Shown here: one piece after another, positions 11,511 to 23,315 of the stretch
Layout of the letters: every line of letters starts with the position of its first letter
How positions within the stretch are numbered: the stretch's first letter is position 1
Assembly (NCBI RefSeq): GCF_044704955.1
Contig: NC_091993.1
Location: forward strand, 117,180,001-117,244,000
Reading direction: 5' to 3'
DNA length: 64,000 bases
Source: Pristiophorus japonicus
Taxonomy: Eukaryota
Notes under the pieces: model-generated
Databases searched by the model: none
What the model was told of the DNA's origin: nothing
What the model saw: the letters and a program-made list of their open reading frames with translations, nothing else
Translations under genes and position numbers: made by a program

Positions 11511-13828
11511 ACATAGAAAATAGGTGCAGGAGTAGGCCATTTGGCCCTTCTAGCCTGCAACGCCATTCAATGAGTTCATGGCTGAACATGCAACTGCAGT
11601 ACCCCATTCCTGCTTTCTCGCCATACCCCTTGATCCCCCTAGTAGTAAGGACTACATCTAACTCCTTTTTGAATATATTTAGTGAATTGGCCTCAACAAC
11701 TTTCTGTGGTAGAGAATTCCACAGGTTCACCACTCTCTGGGTGAAGAAGTTTCTCCTCATCTCGGTCCTAAATGGCTTACCCCTTATCCTTAGACTGTGA
11801 CCTCTGGTTCTGGACTTCCCCAACATTGGGAACATTCTTCCTGCATCTAACCTGTCGAAACCCATCAGAATTTTAAACATTTCTATGAGATCCCCTCTTA
11901 TTCTTCTGAACTCCAGTGAATACAAGCCCAGTTGATCCAGTCTTTCTTGATATGTCAGTCCCGCCATCCTGGGAATCAGTCTGGTGAACCTTTGCTGCAC
12001 TCCCTCAATAGCAAGAATGTCCTTCCTCAAGTTAGGAGACCAAAACTGTACACAATACTCCAGGTGTGGCCTCACCAAGGCCCTGTACAACTGTAGTAAC
12101 ACCTCTCTGCCCCTGTACTCAAATCCCCTCGCTATGAAGGCCAACATGCCATTTGCTTTCTTCACCACCTGCTGTACCTGCATGCCAACCTTCAATGGCT
12201 GATGTACCATGACACCCAGGTCTCGTTGCACCTCCCCTTTTCCTAATCTGTCACCATTCAGATAATAGTCTGTTTCTCTGTTTTCACCACCAAAGTGGAT
12301 AACCTCACATATATCCACATTATACTTCATCTGCCATGCATTTGTCCACTCACCTAACCTATCCAAGTCACTCTGCAGCCTCATAGCATCCTCCTCGCAG
12401 CTCACACTGCCACCCAACTTAGTGTCATCCGCAAATTTGGAGATACTACATTTAATCCTCTCATCTAAATCATTAATGTACAATGTAAACAGCTGGTGCC
12501 CCAGCACAGAACCTTGCGGTACCCCACTAGTCACTGTCTGCCATTATGAAAAGTACCCATTTACTCCTACTCTTTTCTTCCTGTCTGCCAAGCAGTTCTC
12601 AATCCACGTCAGCACACTACCCGCAATCCCATGTGCTTTAACTTTGCACATTAATCTCCTGTGTGGGACCTTGTCGAAAGCCTTCTGAAAGTCCAAATAT
12701 ACCACATCAACTGGTTCTCCCTTGTCCACTCTACTGGAAACATCCTCAAAAAATTCCAGAAGATTTGTCAAGCATGATTTCCCTTTCACAAATCCATGCT
12801 GACTTGGACCTATCATGTCACCTCTTTCCAAATGCGCTGCTATGACATCCTTAATAATTGATTCCATCATTTTACCCACTACCGATGTCAGGCTGACCGG
12901 TCTATAATTCCATGTTTTCTCTCTCCCTCCTTTTTTAAAAAGTGGGGTTACATTGGTTACCCTCCACTCCATAGGAACTGATCCAGAGTCTATGGAATGT
13001 TGGAAAATGACTGTCAATGCATCCGCTATTTTCAAGGCCACCTCCTTAAGTACTCTGGGATGCAGACCATCAGGCCCTGGGGATTTATCGGCCTTCAATC
13101 CCATCAATTTCCCCAACACAATTTCCCAACTGATAAGGATTTCTCTCAGTTCCTCCTTCTTACTCGACCTTCTGACCCCTTTTATATCCGGAAGGTTGTT
13201 TGTGTCCTCCTTAGTGAATACCGAACCAAAGTACTTGTTCAATTGGTCTGCCATTTCTTTGTTCCCCGTTATGACTTCCCCTGATTCTGACTGCAGAGGA
13301 CCTATGTTTGTCTTTACTAATCTTTTTCTCTTTACATATCTATAGAAACTTTTGCAGTATGTCTTAATGTTCCCTGCAAGCTTCCTCTTGTACTCTATTT
13401 TCCCTGCCCTAATCAAACCCTTTGTCCTCCTCTGCTGAGTTCTAAATTTCTCCCAGTCCCTGAGTTCACTGCTATTTCTGGCCAATTTGTATGCCACTTC
13501 CTTGGCTTTAATACTATCCCTGATTTCCCTTTTTTATTTTTACGCCAGACAGGGATGTACAATTGTTGTAGTTCATCCATGCGGTCTCTAAATGTCTGCC
13601 ATTGCCCATCCACAGTCAACCCCTTAAGTATCATTCGCCAATCTATCCTAGCCAATTCACACCTCATACCTTCAAAGTTACCCTTCTTTAAGTTCTGGAC
13701 CATGGTCTCTGAATTAACTATTTCATTCTCCATCCTAATGTAGAATTCCACCATAGTATGGTCACTCTTTCCCAAGGGGCCTCGCACAACGAGATTGCTA
13801 ATTAATCCTCTCTCATTACACAACAACC
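11511..13828 (-). mobile_element. CR1 LINE subfamily a, 5'-truncated
   Basis: ORFs 12544-13497 and 11368-12534; highly similar to the 7241 copy; flanked by AATCTA (11505-11510 / 13829-13834). Confidence 0.95.
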
Positions 13829-14241
13829 AATCTAGAACCAGAGGATACAAATTTAAGGTGATTGGTAGAAGAGGCAAAGGCGACATGAGGAAAAATGTTT
13901 TTACGTTAGGATCTGGAACCACTGCCTGAAAGGGTGATGGAGGCAGACTCAATCACTGCTTTCAAAAGAGAATTGGATAAATAGCTGAAGGAAATAAAAT
14001 TGCAGGGTTATGGGGAAAGGGTAGGGGGAGTGGTACTGGCTGAAATGCTCTTGCAGAGAGCCAGCACGGGTGCGACAGGCTTCCTTCTGTACAGTAACCA
14101 TTCTATGATTCTATGAAATTTACCCCCAGATCTTTAGCTAAAACTGAAGTCATCAGTGATCCATTTTTATGTCACGGTAATTATTTCAAGTGCAATAAAT
14201 CGCTGATTTTGGTTGGTAAAGGGAAACAAATTAACATATAC

Positions 14242-14343
14242 CATTGGCGAGTTTGGTAATTTTCTTCTGGGTCCATCGGGGGTGTGAGTGTGCGAGGTGG
14301 CCGACTGATGGTGCTGGCTCGCCCTGGTTTTATTTCTATTGGT
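14242..14343 (-). CDS. Receptor exon 4 (Pro/Ser/Thr stalk RPIEIKPGRASTISRPPRTLTPPMDPEENYQTRQ), possibly a cassette exon
   Basis: 102-nt phase 2-2 open frame in unique sequence. Donor ATG|gtatat; acceptor cttctgttgag is weak (GAG). Confidence 0.55.
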
Positions 14344-14417
14344 CTCAACAGAAGTGATGTAAAATGAGCTGCCCATTCACTATCACGAATTTTATTCTAT
14401 CGCATAAAGTCAAAAAT

Positions 14418-14848
14418 AGAAAGAAAGAAAGACTTTCATTTCTATAGCGCCTTTCATGACCACTGAACGTCTCAAAGCTCTTTGCAGCCAATGAAGAACT
14501 TTTGTAGTCATTGTTGTAATGTCAGAAACACGGCAGCCAATTTGAGCACAGCAACTCCCACAGAGAGCAATGTGATAATGACCAGATAATCTTTTTTTTT
14601 GTTATGTTGATTGAGGGATAATTATTAGCCAGCACACTGGGGATAACCCCCCTGCTCTTCAAAATAGTGCCATGGAATCTTTTACATCCACCTGAGAGAG
14701 CAGACAGGGCCTCAGTTTAACATCTCATCTGAAAGACAGCACGGCACTCCCTCAGCACTGCACTGGAATGTCAGCTTAGGGTGGGATTCGAACCCACAAT
14801 CTTCTGATTGAGAGGCAAAGGGTGCTACTCACTGAGCCACAGCTGACA
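14418..14848 (-). mobile_element. Deu-domain tRNA-SINE (SacSINE1-like) with L2 tail
   Basis: A/B boxes (GTGGCTCAGTGAG, GGTTCGAATCC), Deu core GATGAGA.GTTAAAC.GAGGCCC..AAAGAT.CCATGGCACTATTT, L2-type tail. Confidence 0.85.
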
Positions 14849-15045
14849 CTACCCCCTTTGCTTCTGATGCGAATGTAATAAATGCTTCTTGTTCCAGAGC
14901 ATTGATATTCCACATTGGGTAAACATTCACCCGCACCTCCCCGGAGAAGCAAGAGAGATTTCTCGGATGGCAGTGGGACATTACTCATTATTACATTTGG
15001 GACAAATATTCAGAATGGACCAGTGTAAATAGATTTGACATTTAC

Positions 15046-15100
15046 CTGGGGATTTCCTTGTCTGACGAATAATCTGAGGATGAAAGAAGTAATTTGGGAA
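15046..15100 (-). CDS. Receptor exon 3 (Ser-rich stalk VPKLLLSSSDYSSDKEIP)
   Basis: Strong acceptor ttttttacag, donor CAG|gtaaat. 55 nt converts phase 1 to phase 2, which the TM exon requires. Confidence 0.75.
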
Positions 15101-15413
15101 CTGTAAAAAATAAAAATTATTTAAATAATTTTGATTAGATTATACCGACAGATATTCAGTCTGAGCCATCAGAGATAAATTTGTATTACTTCGCGATAAA
15201 AAAAGACGGAAGGTTTCATGGGATAGAATTAGTACCAAGAAGAAACATTTTGTCGTTGTTCACTATTCTGCTAGTTTACTCTTAACAGAATTAAAACTTT
15301 CCAATGAAAAATGTTGCAAAATATATACTAATAAATCTTACAGCAAACTATATAAACTCAAAAATATGCAGTTGAAAAATGTACACAATTATAAATCTAT
15401 ATTCCGGTCCTAC

Positions 15414-15746
15414 CTTCGCTGACACTAACGTTTACAGGATGTGAGAGATCTGCCAAAAATCTTTCAATCCCACACCAGTACCAGCCTTGGTCATTCGCCG
15501 TTAATCCTTCCATGGTGACTGAAAATTCTCCCGCTTCATTATCAGCTGCAATGGTGATTCTGCCGTCAAAGGTTGTCTTCATAGGGCCCCAGGTTCGCAC
15601 TAGAATAGTGCAGGATGTCCAGTTGGAGCCTCTGCACCAGTACTTTAGATAGTTTCTGTATGTTGCGTCATAGGTACAGGTGATATGGACTGACTGTCCC
15701 ACTGATCCAATGACTACATCTGGTCCACTGAGGGCAGTGCATGTAA
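15414..15746 (-). CDS. CD300/pIgR/MDIR-like receptor, exon 2 (IgV domain)
   Basis: 333-nt phase 1-1 exon (aacag|...GAAG|gtagga). Encodes GSVGQSVHITCTY...KYWCRGSNWTSC...GRITI..DN..GEFSVTMEGL...DQGWYWCGI. The extra WC-x7-C disulfide is the CD300/pIgR/TREM-type signature. N-glycosylation sequons NWT and NVS. Confidence 0.95.
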
Positions 15747-15825
15747 CTGTTCAGTGTGAAATTATAAGACACGTTTTAAAGTACAATAAAGTTAAATAAA
15801 TGCAACAGTTTAATACATATTTTGA

Positions 15826-16800
15826 ATCCAGTTCTGGATGAGCAGGAAGTTTCTCCAATTGAACATTGGGAAGACCGAAGCCATTGTTTTCGGTCCCCGC
15901 CACAAATTCCGTTCCCTAGCCACTGACTCCATCCCTCTCCCCAACTCCTGTCTGAGGCTGAACCCGACTGTTCGCAACCTTGGTGTCATATTTGACCTGG
16001 AATTGAGTTCCCGACCACATAGCCACAGCATAACTAAGACGGCCTAGTTCCACCATCGTGACATCGCCCATCTTCGCCCTTGCCTCAGCTCATCCGCTGC
16101 TGAAGCCCTCATCCATGCCTTTGTTACCTCTAGACTAGACTTTAGGACTGAGATGAGGAGAAATTTCTTCACTCAGAGGGTGGTGAATCTGTGGAATTCT
16201 CTGCCACAGAAGGCAGTGGAGGCCAAGTCACTGAATATATTTAAGAAGGAGATAGATTTCTAGACACAAAAGGCATCAAGGGGCATGGGGAGAAAGCGGG
16301 AATATGGTATTGAGATAGAGAATCAGCCATGATCATATTGAATGGCGGTGCAGGCTCGAAGGGCCGAATGGCCTACTCCTGCTCCTATTTCCTATGTTTC
16401 TAAGTTTGACTAGTCCAATGCACTCTTGGCTGGCCTCCCACATTCTACCCCACGTAAACAAGAGGTGATCCAAAACTCGGCTGCCCATGTCCTAACTGGC
16501 ACCAAGTCGCTCACCCATCACCCCTGTGCTCGCTGACCTACATTGGCTCCCGGTTAAGCAAAGTCTCGATTTTAAAATGCTCACCCTTGTTTTCAAATCC
16601 CTCCATGGCCCTCGCCCCTCCCTATCTCTGTAATCTTCTCCAGCCCCACAACCCCCCCGAGATGTCTGCGCTCCTCTAATTCTGCCCTCTTGAGCATCCC
16701 TGATTATAATCGCTCAACCATTGGTGGCTATGCCTTCTGTTGACTAGGCCCCAAGCTCTGGAACTCCCTGCCTATACCTCTCCACCTCTCTACCTCTCGT
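15826..16800 (+). mobile_element. L2 LINE fragment with a nested CR1 3' end (about 16140-16405)
   Basis: FLQLNIGKTEAIVFG..VRNLGVIFD; L2 resumes after the CR1 tail. Confidence 0.85.
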
Positions 16801-17109
16801 TTTGATAATCCATCCATTTTTGTGCTACTCATCAGAGGTTGTTGTGCTTATTACGTTTTAAAAATTGGTGTTTAGTTTTGCCCTCCTTACTCTTGTGCAA
16901 AAAGGCTGCAGAACACAATAGTGCGGCGAGAGAAACAGTAAAAAACAAAAAGCGATTAAAAAGATTACGACATGGGCATGTAACAGTATGAAGAGGTTTT
17001 TCTGAGCAGCAGATTATTGATGCTCTAAACTGCATGGATGCAGAAAATGGCTTGAATTATTTGGAACAGAAATTTAAATAAACCTTACCAAGACTAGTTA
17101 AATAAAAGG

Positions 17110-17628
17110 GGAAAAAAAATTTGCATTTCTGTAGCGCCTTTCATGACTTCAGGTCATCCCAAAGCTCTTTACAGCCAATGAAGTACATTTTAAGTGTAGT
17201 CACTGTTGTAATGTAGGAAATGTGGCAGCCAATTTGTGCACAGCAAGCTCCCACAAACAGCAATGAGATGAACGACCAAATGATTTGTTTTAATGGAACT
17301 GGTTGAAACAAAGAAAACATGCATTTATGTAGTGCCTTTCACAACCTCAGGATGTCCCAAAGCACTTTGCAGCAAATTAAGTATTTTTGAAGTGTAGTCA
17401 CTGTTATTGGCAAGGGCACCAGGGAAAACTCTCCTGTGCTTCTTCAACATAGTGCCAATATGGGAGGGATTTTTGACATCCACTTGAGAAAGCAGATAGG
17501 GCAGCACTCCCTCAGTACTGCACTGGAACGTCAGCCAAGATTTTTGCGCTCAAGTCTCTGGAGTGGGACTTGAACCCACAACCTTCTGACTCGCAGGCAT
17601 TGGTGCTACCCACTGAGTCACGGCTGAC
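17110..17628 (-). mobile_element. Deu-SINE plus an adjacent second SINE tail
   Basis: Same family motifs as 14418 and 18404. Confidence 0.75.
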
Positions 17629-17907
17629 ATTAAAGGAAAAGGCTGGGGTAGATTTTCCTGTGCCTGGGAGTATTGGATTTCCTGGGTACAGTGCATGTAG
17701 GAAAATTGGGTCAAGGTGAATTATACCCCACTAAGGGAACCCATCTGATTTTCTGTCCATTGAAATTAACTGTTGATGTTAACAAACTTATAATTAGACT
17801 AAAGTTCTGGAAGGAACGTGCTAATACTTCTTAATGCTATAAGACTTGCACTGATGTACACAATTGTCATATAGCCCTACATGTTCCGAGCAATTGTTGT
17901 TACTTAC

Positions 17908-17947
17908 CTGAGAAGGAGATCATGAAAAGATGAAATGCGAAATCCAT
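17908..17947 (-). CDS. CD300/pIgR-like receptor, exon 1 (signal peptide MDFAFHLFMISFS, phase 1)
   Basis: ATG at 17947, 13 hydrophobic codons + G, then consensus donor CAG|GTAAGT. Joins the IgV exon in frame to give MDFAFHLFMISFSVTCTALSGP. Confidence 0.85.
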
Positions 17948-18039
17948 ACTTTAATGTTTTTCAAACGATTAAGTATCACGAAGAATATTCTGGACCTGTT
18001 GCTATTTTTTCATATTACTCAGCTTTACTGAGTAACGTG

Positions 18040-18125
18040 ACTGAAAGCAAGATTTTCTGAGATTCCAGTTTTCATTTGTTAAAGTTTACAGGAAGTATAT
18101 TTTAAGAGATGGGGAGGGACTCGTG
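18040..18125 (-). promoter_or_regulatory. Candidate proximal promoter of the receptor (ETS site)
   Basis: ACAGGAAGT at 18088-18096, about 140 bp upstream of the ATG, in unique sequence. Motif match only. Confidence 0.35.
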
Positions 18126-18403
18126 ACAACATGAATTATTTTGGTCTTTATTAGACTTTTTTATGGGTTTCTTCTGGTGGTTTCTGCAAGTTACTGGATT
18201 AGACACTATGGTCTGGCAGGGCGAAGGCTATCAATATGTGCCTGATTTGGAGGTTTTGTTGAGCAAAGTGGGGTTTAATATGCTAATGTCAATGGAGTGG
18301 CAAATTGTTCTGTCTTTGATAGCTGGCTGAACGATGTGTTAATCACCAGTGACCATAAATAATCCGAAATGCTAGGGCTAGACCAATGAGTCATAATATT
18401 GGC

Positions 18404-18858
18404 AGCTGTGGCTTAGTGGGTAGTACACTTGTTTCTGAGTCAGAAGGTTGTGGGTTTAAGCCCCACTCCAGGGACTTGAGCACAAAAATCTAGGCCTACA
18501 CTCCAGTGCGGTGCTGAGGGAGTGCTGCACAGTTGGAGGTGCCATCTTTCAGATGAGACATTAAACCAAATTGTCTGCTCTCTCAGGTGGATGTAAAAGA
18601 TCTCATGGCACTATTTCGAAGAAGAGCATGGGAGTTATCCCTGGTGTCCTGGCCGATATCCATCCCTCAGTCAACATAACAAAAAAACAGTTTATCTGAT
18701 TATTATCACATTGCTGCTTGTGGGAGCTTGCTGTGTGCAATTGGCTGCAACATTACAACAGTGCCTTCACTCCAAAAGTACTTCATTCTCTGTAAAGTGC
18801 TTTGAGACGTCCGGTCGTCGTGAAAGGCGCTATAGAAATGCAAGTCTTTCTTTTCTTT
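18404..18858 (+). mobile_element. Full-length Deu-domain tRNA-SINE
   Basis: TGGCTTAGTGG A-box, GGTTTAAGCCC B-box, Deu core, GAAAGGCGCTATAGAAATGCAAG(TCTT)n tail. Confidence 0.85.
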
Positions 18859-20064
18859 TATTAAATTTAATATATTTTTTAAATAAATGTTTTACCTTGA
18901 TGTGGAGGTGGCAGGAACAGGACTCCTGAGGGCCAATACCGGCCCCCTCCTGATCGCGCCCCCGCCCCCCACCCCCCCACCCGCCCCGGGCCTATCCGGG
19001 GGCTGCCACTACCATTGCAGCAGCCCGACATTCATTCTGTCTTCGCCAGCAAGTTGCCAAGAGCAACGTGATAGGCGTCCGCAACTCGCCGGTGTTACTA
19101 AAATGCAGCTCTAGGCCCAATATCAATCGCACCTCGGGCCTAATAATTCCGTCATAGGGATTGTCAGTTCGTGCCAGCAGGCCCCGTGAACCAATTTCTA
19201 CTCCAATGTACTTTGTTTGGTTTCTAAAATGTTCTATAAGGAAGTGTCAACGTTTCTGTTGCATCTGCTGCCTTTTAAGCATTATTCCAGTCCCACTGGA
19301 GCCTAGTTTTCAAATGAACTTTATTAATCCATTGCTTGCAACATTCCTCTTTACTTTAAGGCTGATTGTTTAAATGGGAGAGAGATCATTATAAGTCAAC
19401 TCGTGATTGTGTTACTTGAAACCTACCTGTTTGACCATGCTTTTTGGTCACCTGTCTTAATATCTCCTTATGTGGCTCGGTGCCAAATTTTGTTTGACAA
19501 TCGTTCCTGTGCACCACCTTGAGACATTTTGCTATGTTAAAAGCGCTATATAAATGCAAGTTGCTGTTGTTGTCATTGCCAATACCCCATTCAAGAATCA
19601 AATAGCCACTATTGTGACTTTAAAATTATTTGTTAATGTTTGTCTTGCGGATTTTTAAAAGAGTGCTTGAAGAATGATGGCTGCCTACATTGTCATGGGA
19701 ACTAATAGTGCAAGGGGTGGATCACTTGGACTTTGTGTGAAAGTGTAAAACGGGTGATCGCGAATCGACAGCCTGTTTTACATCTCTCCCGATTAATCGC
19801 ACAAAGTCAAAATCTACCCCTATTAGTCCAATCTGTATTACAGTCAAAATATCAAAGGATCTCATTCATACTCACTATAGGTACAGCGGCTCCATAAACT
19901 TAAAGAGCTGTTTCATCTCCCTCAGGAAGCATGGGTGAGAACCATCAACTTTTGTACCATTGCCCTCATTTGCTTTGAAGGAATCAATTCTGGAGCTTCT
20001 GAAACCAAGGCTCAATTAACATGGATGGCCCATTTCTATCTAGTAGTCAATAGCCGTGCTCTAT

Positions 20065-20577
20065 CACACACTGTCAACAAGGGCAGACGTCGATGATGAA
20101 GTCCAACACCGCCTTCAGTATGCCAGTGCAGCCTTTGGTCACCTGAGGAAGAGTTTGTTTGAAGACCAGGACCTCAAACCTGGCACCATGCCCGATACTA
20201 GACTCACAAAACAAGTGCTCTACTCGAAACTCCGACACGACAGGCGAGTTTCAGGTGGGCAGAAGAAACGCTTCAAGAACACCCTCAAAGTCTCCATGAA
20301 AAAGTGTAACAACCCCACCGACACTTGGGAATCCCCAGCCCAAGACCGCCAAAAGTGGAAGGAGAAGCATCCGGGAACACGCAGAAGCCAAGCACAAACA
20401 GCGGAAGGAGCGTATGACAACCCAGGCACCCCACCCACCCGTCCCTCCAACCACCATCTGCCCCACCTGTGACAGAGACTGTAGGTCCCGCGTTGGACTC
20501 ATCAGTCACCTGAGAACTCATGTTAGTGTGGAAGCAAGTCATCCCCGACTCCGAGGGACTGCCTAAGTGAGAGAGAG
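20065..20577 (+). mobile_element. RTE LINE 3' fragment with internal deletions
   Basis: ADVDDEVQHRLQYASAAFG..MPDTRL.KQVLYS, terminal C2H2-like CPTCDRDC..H motif, RTE tail. Confidence 0.85.
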
Positions 20578-21217
20578 TTGTATCTGATATTGATGCACTA
20601 AATTGGCGTCTTTCCTAAAGATGCACTGTGCAATGTTTGTTTGGCAATCAAAAGGGTGCTATCTTCCTTAATTGTTCTCAGTAAATATAATTTTTTTTTA
20701 GGATGGTGAAAATTCTTCACATTTTTTTTGTCTCAATAGTCTGGGATGCAGGTCAGGTGCTGGTGCAGTTCAGAGCAATGTATCTCATTGTGCAATGCTT
20801 ATAATCAAAGGAAAAAAGTCTGTTGGACATTTTGTCCACAGATGCACTAAATAACATTAGGGATTTACATTATCAAGTTAAGTTAAATGAATTGCCAGAG
20901 GATTGTGGATGCTGAATCGTTGAGTATATTCAAGGCTGAGATCGCTAGATTTTTTTGGTTCTCGGGGAATCAAGGGATTCTGGCAGGAAAGTGGAGTTGA
21001 GGTAGAAGATCAGCCATGATCTTATTGAACGGTGGAGCAGGCTCGAGAAGGTGTATGGCCTACTACTGCCCCCATTTCTCATGTTCTTATGTTCAATATA
21101 TCAGCAGCTGAAATATGTTATTGTCCCAAGAACAGATCTGTATCAGCAAAAACTGTAGATGGTACCAGGAATTAAAGGAATAAGGAACTAATAAATGTTA
21201 TTACTCAGCTCTTTATA

Positions 21218-22050
21218 GCAACAACAACTTCCATTTTTAATGTAGTAAAACATCGCAAGGCACTTCACAGGAGCATTATCAGTCAAAGCTTGCCACTAAG
21301 CCACATAATCATAGGGAGTCCCTCAAAGTGAGGATGACTTGCTTCCACGCCAAAAAGGGATGAGTTCACAGGTGTTTCAATGAAGGACCTGACATTCCAG
21401 ATCCCGAACTACATCGTGAAGGGTGGAAGATGCCTGTGTGTGGATTTTTTTAACACGTGGTGACCGTTGCACATCAGCCACCACACGGGCTTGACAGAGC
21501 CAGGTCTTGGTCCAGTGGCAAGGATTACCCAAGACTAACTGGAGACCAGCTCTGCTGCACAGACCGAGCACGCACACATATCGCAGGGGCAGCACGGGCC
21601 AGCCCGCTGCTCCCTCCACTGGCGCCGGCCTGCTGATGGTCTTGCAGGTCGGGACCGTGCCGATTTCCGGGCTGGGCTGCCGTACGCTGCTCCCTCCAAT
21701 GGCACCGACCTGCTGATGGTCTTGCAGAAACGCTTATCCCAATTGAGGCACATGAGGAGGTATTGGGACAGGTGACTAAAAGCTTCATCAAAGAGGTTGG
21801 TTTTATGGAGTGGGTTAAAGGAGGGGAGCGAGACGGAGAGGTTTAGGGAGGGATTCGGAGCTTAGGGTCTAAACGGCTGAAGGCATGGCCGCCAATGGTG
21901 AGGTGAAGGGATTGGAGATAGCGGAAGGCAGAGTTCTTGGAGGGATGTATGGCTGGAGGAGGCTACAGAGATTGTGAAGGAAGTGGCCATAGAGAGATTT
22001 GACCAGAAGGCTGAGAATTTTAATTTCGAGGCATTGCTGGATCGTGAGCC
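21218..22050 (-). mobile_element. L2 3' fragment interrupted by an RTE-tailed SINE (about 21310-21730)
   Basis: L2 tail at 21218 resumes at about 21747; the insert is homologous to 518-753. Confidence 0.7.
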
Positions 22051-22396
22051 AAGTATTTTATTTTTTTAAATATTTTTAAAGTGGAGATTAAATGCAATGT
22101 ACATGCTTTAACAGCTATTTTAATATTGCATAATGTTATCATAACAACAACTGTATGAGTATATTAATAGTTTGCATGCATGTTATAACGATTAGTCACT
22201 TTACAGATCCCAGGGGAAACACTTCCATTGTTTGAAACAAGTTCCACTTAAGATAGCTTTCACAGAACTACCATTGCAATATTGCTGTTCTATACTGCCT
22301 GCATCTGCACGAAATAATAGTCATTACACCATAATTACAGAACAAAACATGTTAGCATGGTTTCCCCGAGGAACATAAGCTACTGTTGAAGATACA

Positions 22397-22815
22397 GAAA
22401 GAAAGGCTTACATTTATATAGCGCCTTTCATGAACACCAGTATCTCAAAGCCCTTTACAGCCAATGAAGTACTTTTGGAGTGTAGTCACTGTTGTAAATT
22501 GCACACAGTAAGCTCCCACAAACTGAAATGTGATAGTGACCAGATAAACTGTTTTTGTTATGTTGATTGAGGGATAAATATTGGTCAGGACACTGGGGAT
22601 AACTCCCCTGCTCTTCTTCGAAATAGTGCCATGGAATCTTTTACGTCCAGCTGAGAGAGCAGACAGGGCCTCGGTTTAATGTCTCATCCGAAAGACGGCA
22701 CCTCTGACAGTGCAGCACTCCCTCAGAACTGCACTGGAGCGTCAGCCTAGATTTATGTGCTCAAGTCCCTGGAGTGGGACAATCTTCTGACTCAGAGGCG
22801 AGTGTGCTACCCACA
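22397..22815 (-). mobile_element. Deu-domain tRNA-SINE
   Basis: Family motifs as above. Confidence 0.85.
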
Positions 22816-22964
22816 CGACTGGTTAGGATGGCCTCAACAACAACAGCTTTCAAACAAATTAAAGCATTTGGTTGCTCTGTAATCTATTTTCAAATCGATT
22901 TGATTATAAGCATTAGAACTAAGTTTAAGATCACTATTTCACTTGAGCAACCTCCTGCTGAAGA

Positions 22965-23315
22965 TGTGGGTAATGCTGACAAAGTCTCATTTATTGTCCA
23001 TCCCCAGTTGTTCTGGTGGTGGATCTCCTTTACAACAATTGTTTTATAACTGAGAGGTTTGCTAGGCCCCTGTGTGGCCCATGGACTGGAGGCACATGTA
23101 GGTCAGACGGAGTACGGGTGACAGGGTCCTTTCCCTGAAGGATGTTAGGAAATCAGTAAGGTTTTTAGAACTGTCTATCAACTGTCATGGTTATTTCCTC
23201 TGATGCTGATCTATAACTAACCCAATCTATTGAACTCAATTTTACAAGTTGCCGTGATGGGATTTGACCTCCTGTCCTCTGGGTTATCAGCCCTGTACCG
23301 GAACCACTACACTAT
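22965..23315 (-). mobile_element. Old tRNA-SINE whose first bases are displaced to 28057-28063 by the Gypsy insertion
   Basis: The rejoined head reads GGGCACAATAGTGTAGTGG..GGTCAAATCC. Confidence 0.6.

Larger units (their letters stand above)
7135..14115 (+). mobile_element. Older CR1 (subfamily b), split into 7135-7240, 10386-11510 and 13829-14115 by two CR1a insertions
   Basis: Collinear RT pieces (PRMLREVKVE..DW / [29 protein letters not shown] / SRTRGYKFK) and an (ATTCTATG)n tail at 14100-14115. Confidence 0.85.

Noticed and set aside
7241-13828. Two CR1a copies as a segmental duplication
   Set aside because: Different truncation points and flanks inside one collinear host CR1 indicate separate insertions.
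18404-18480. tRNA genes
   Set aside because: A/B boxes belong to SINE heads that continue into Deu cores; no intact cloverleaf was seen.
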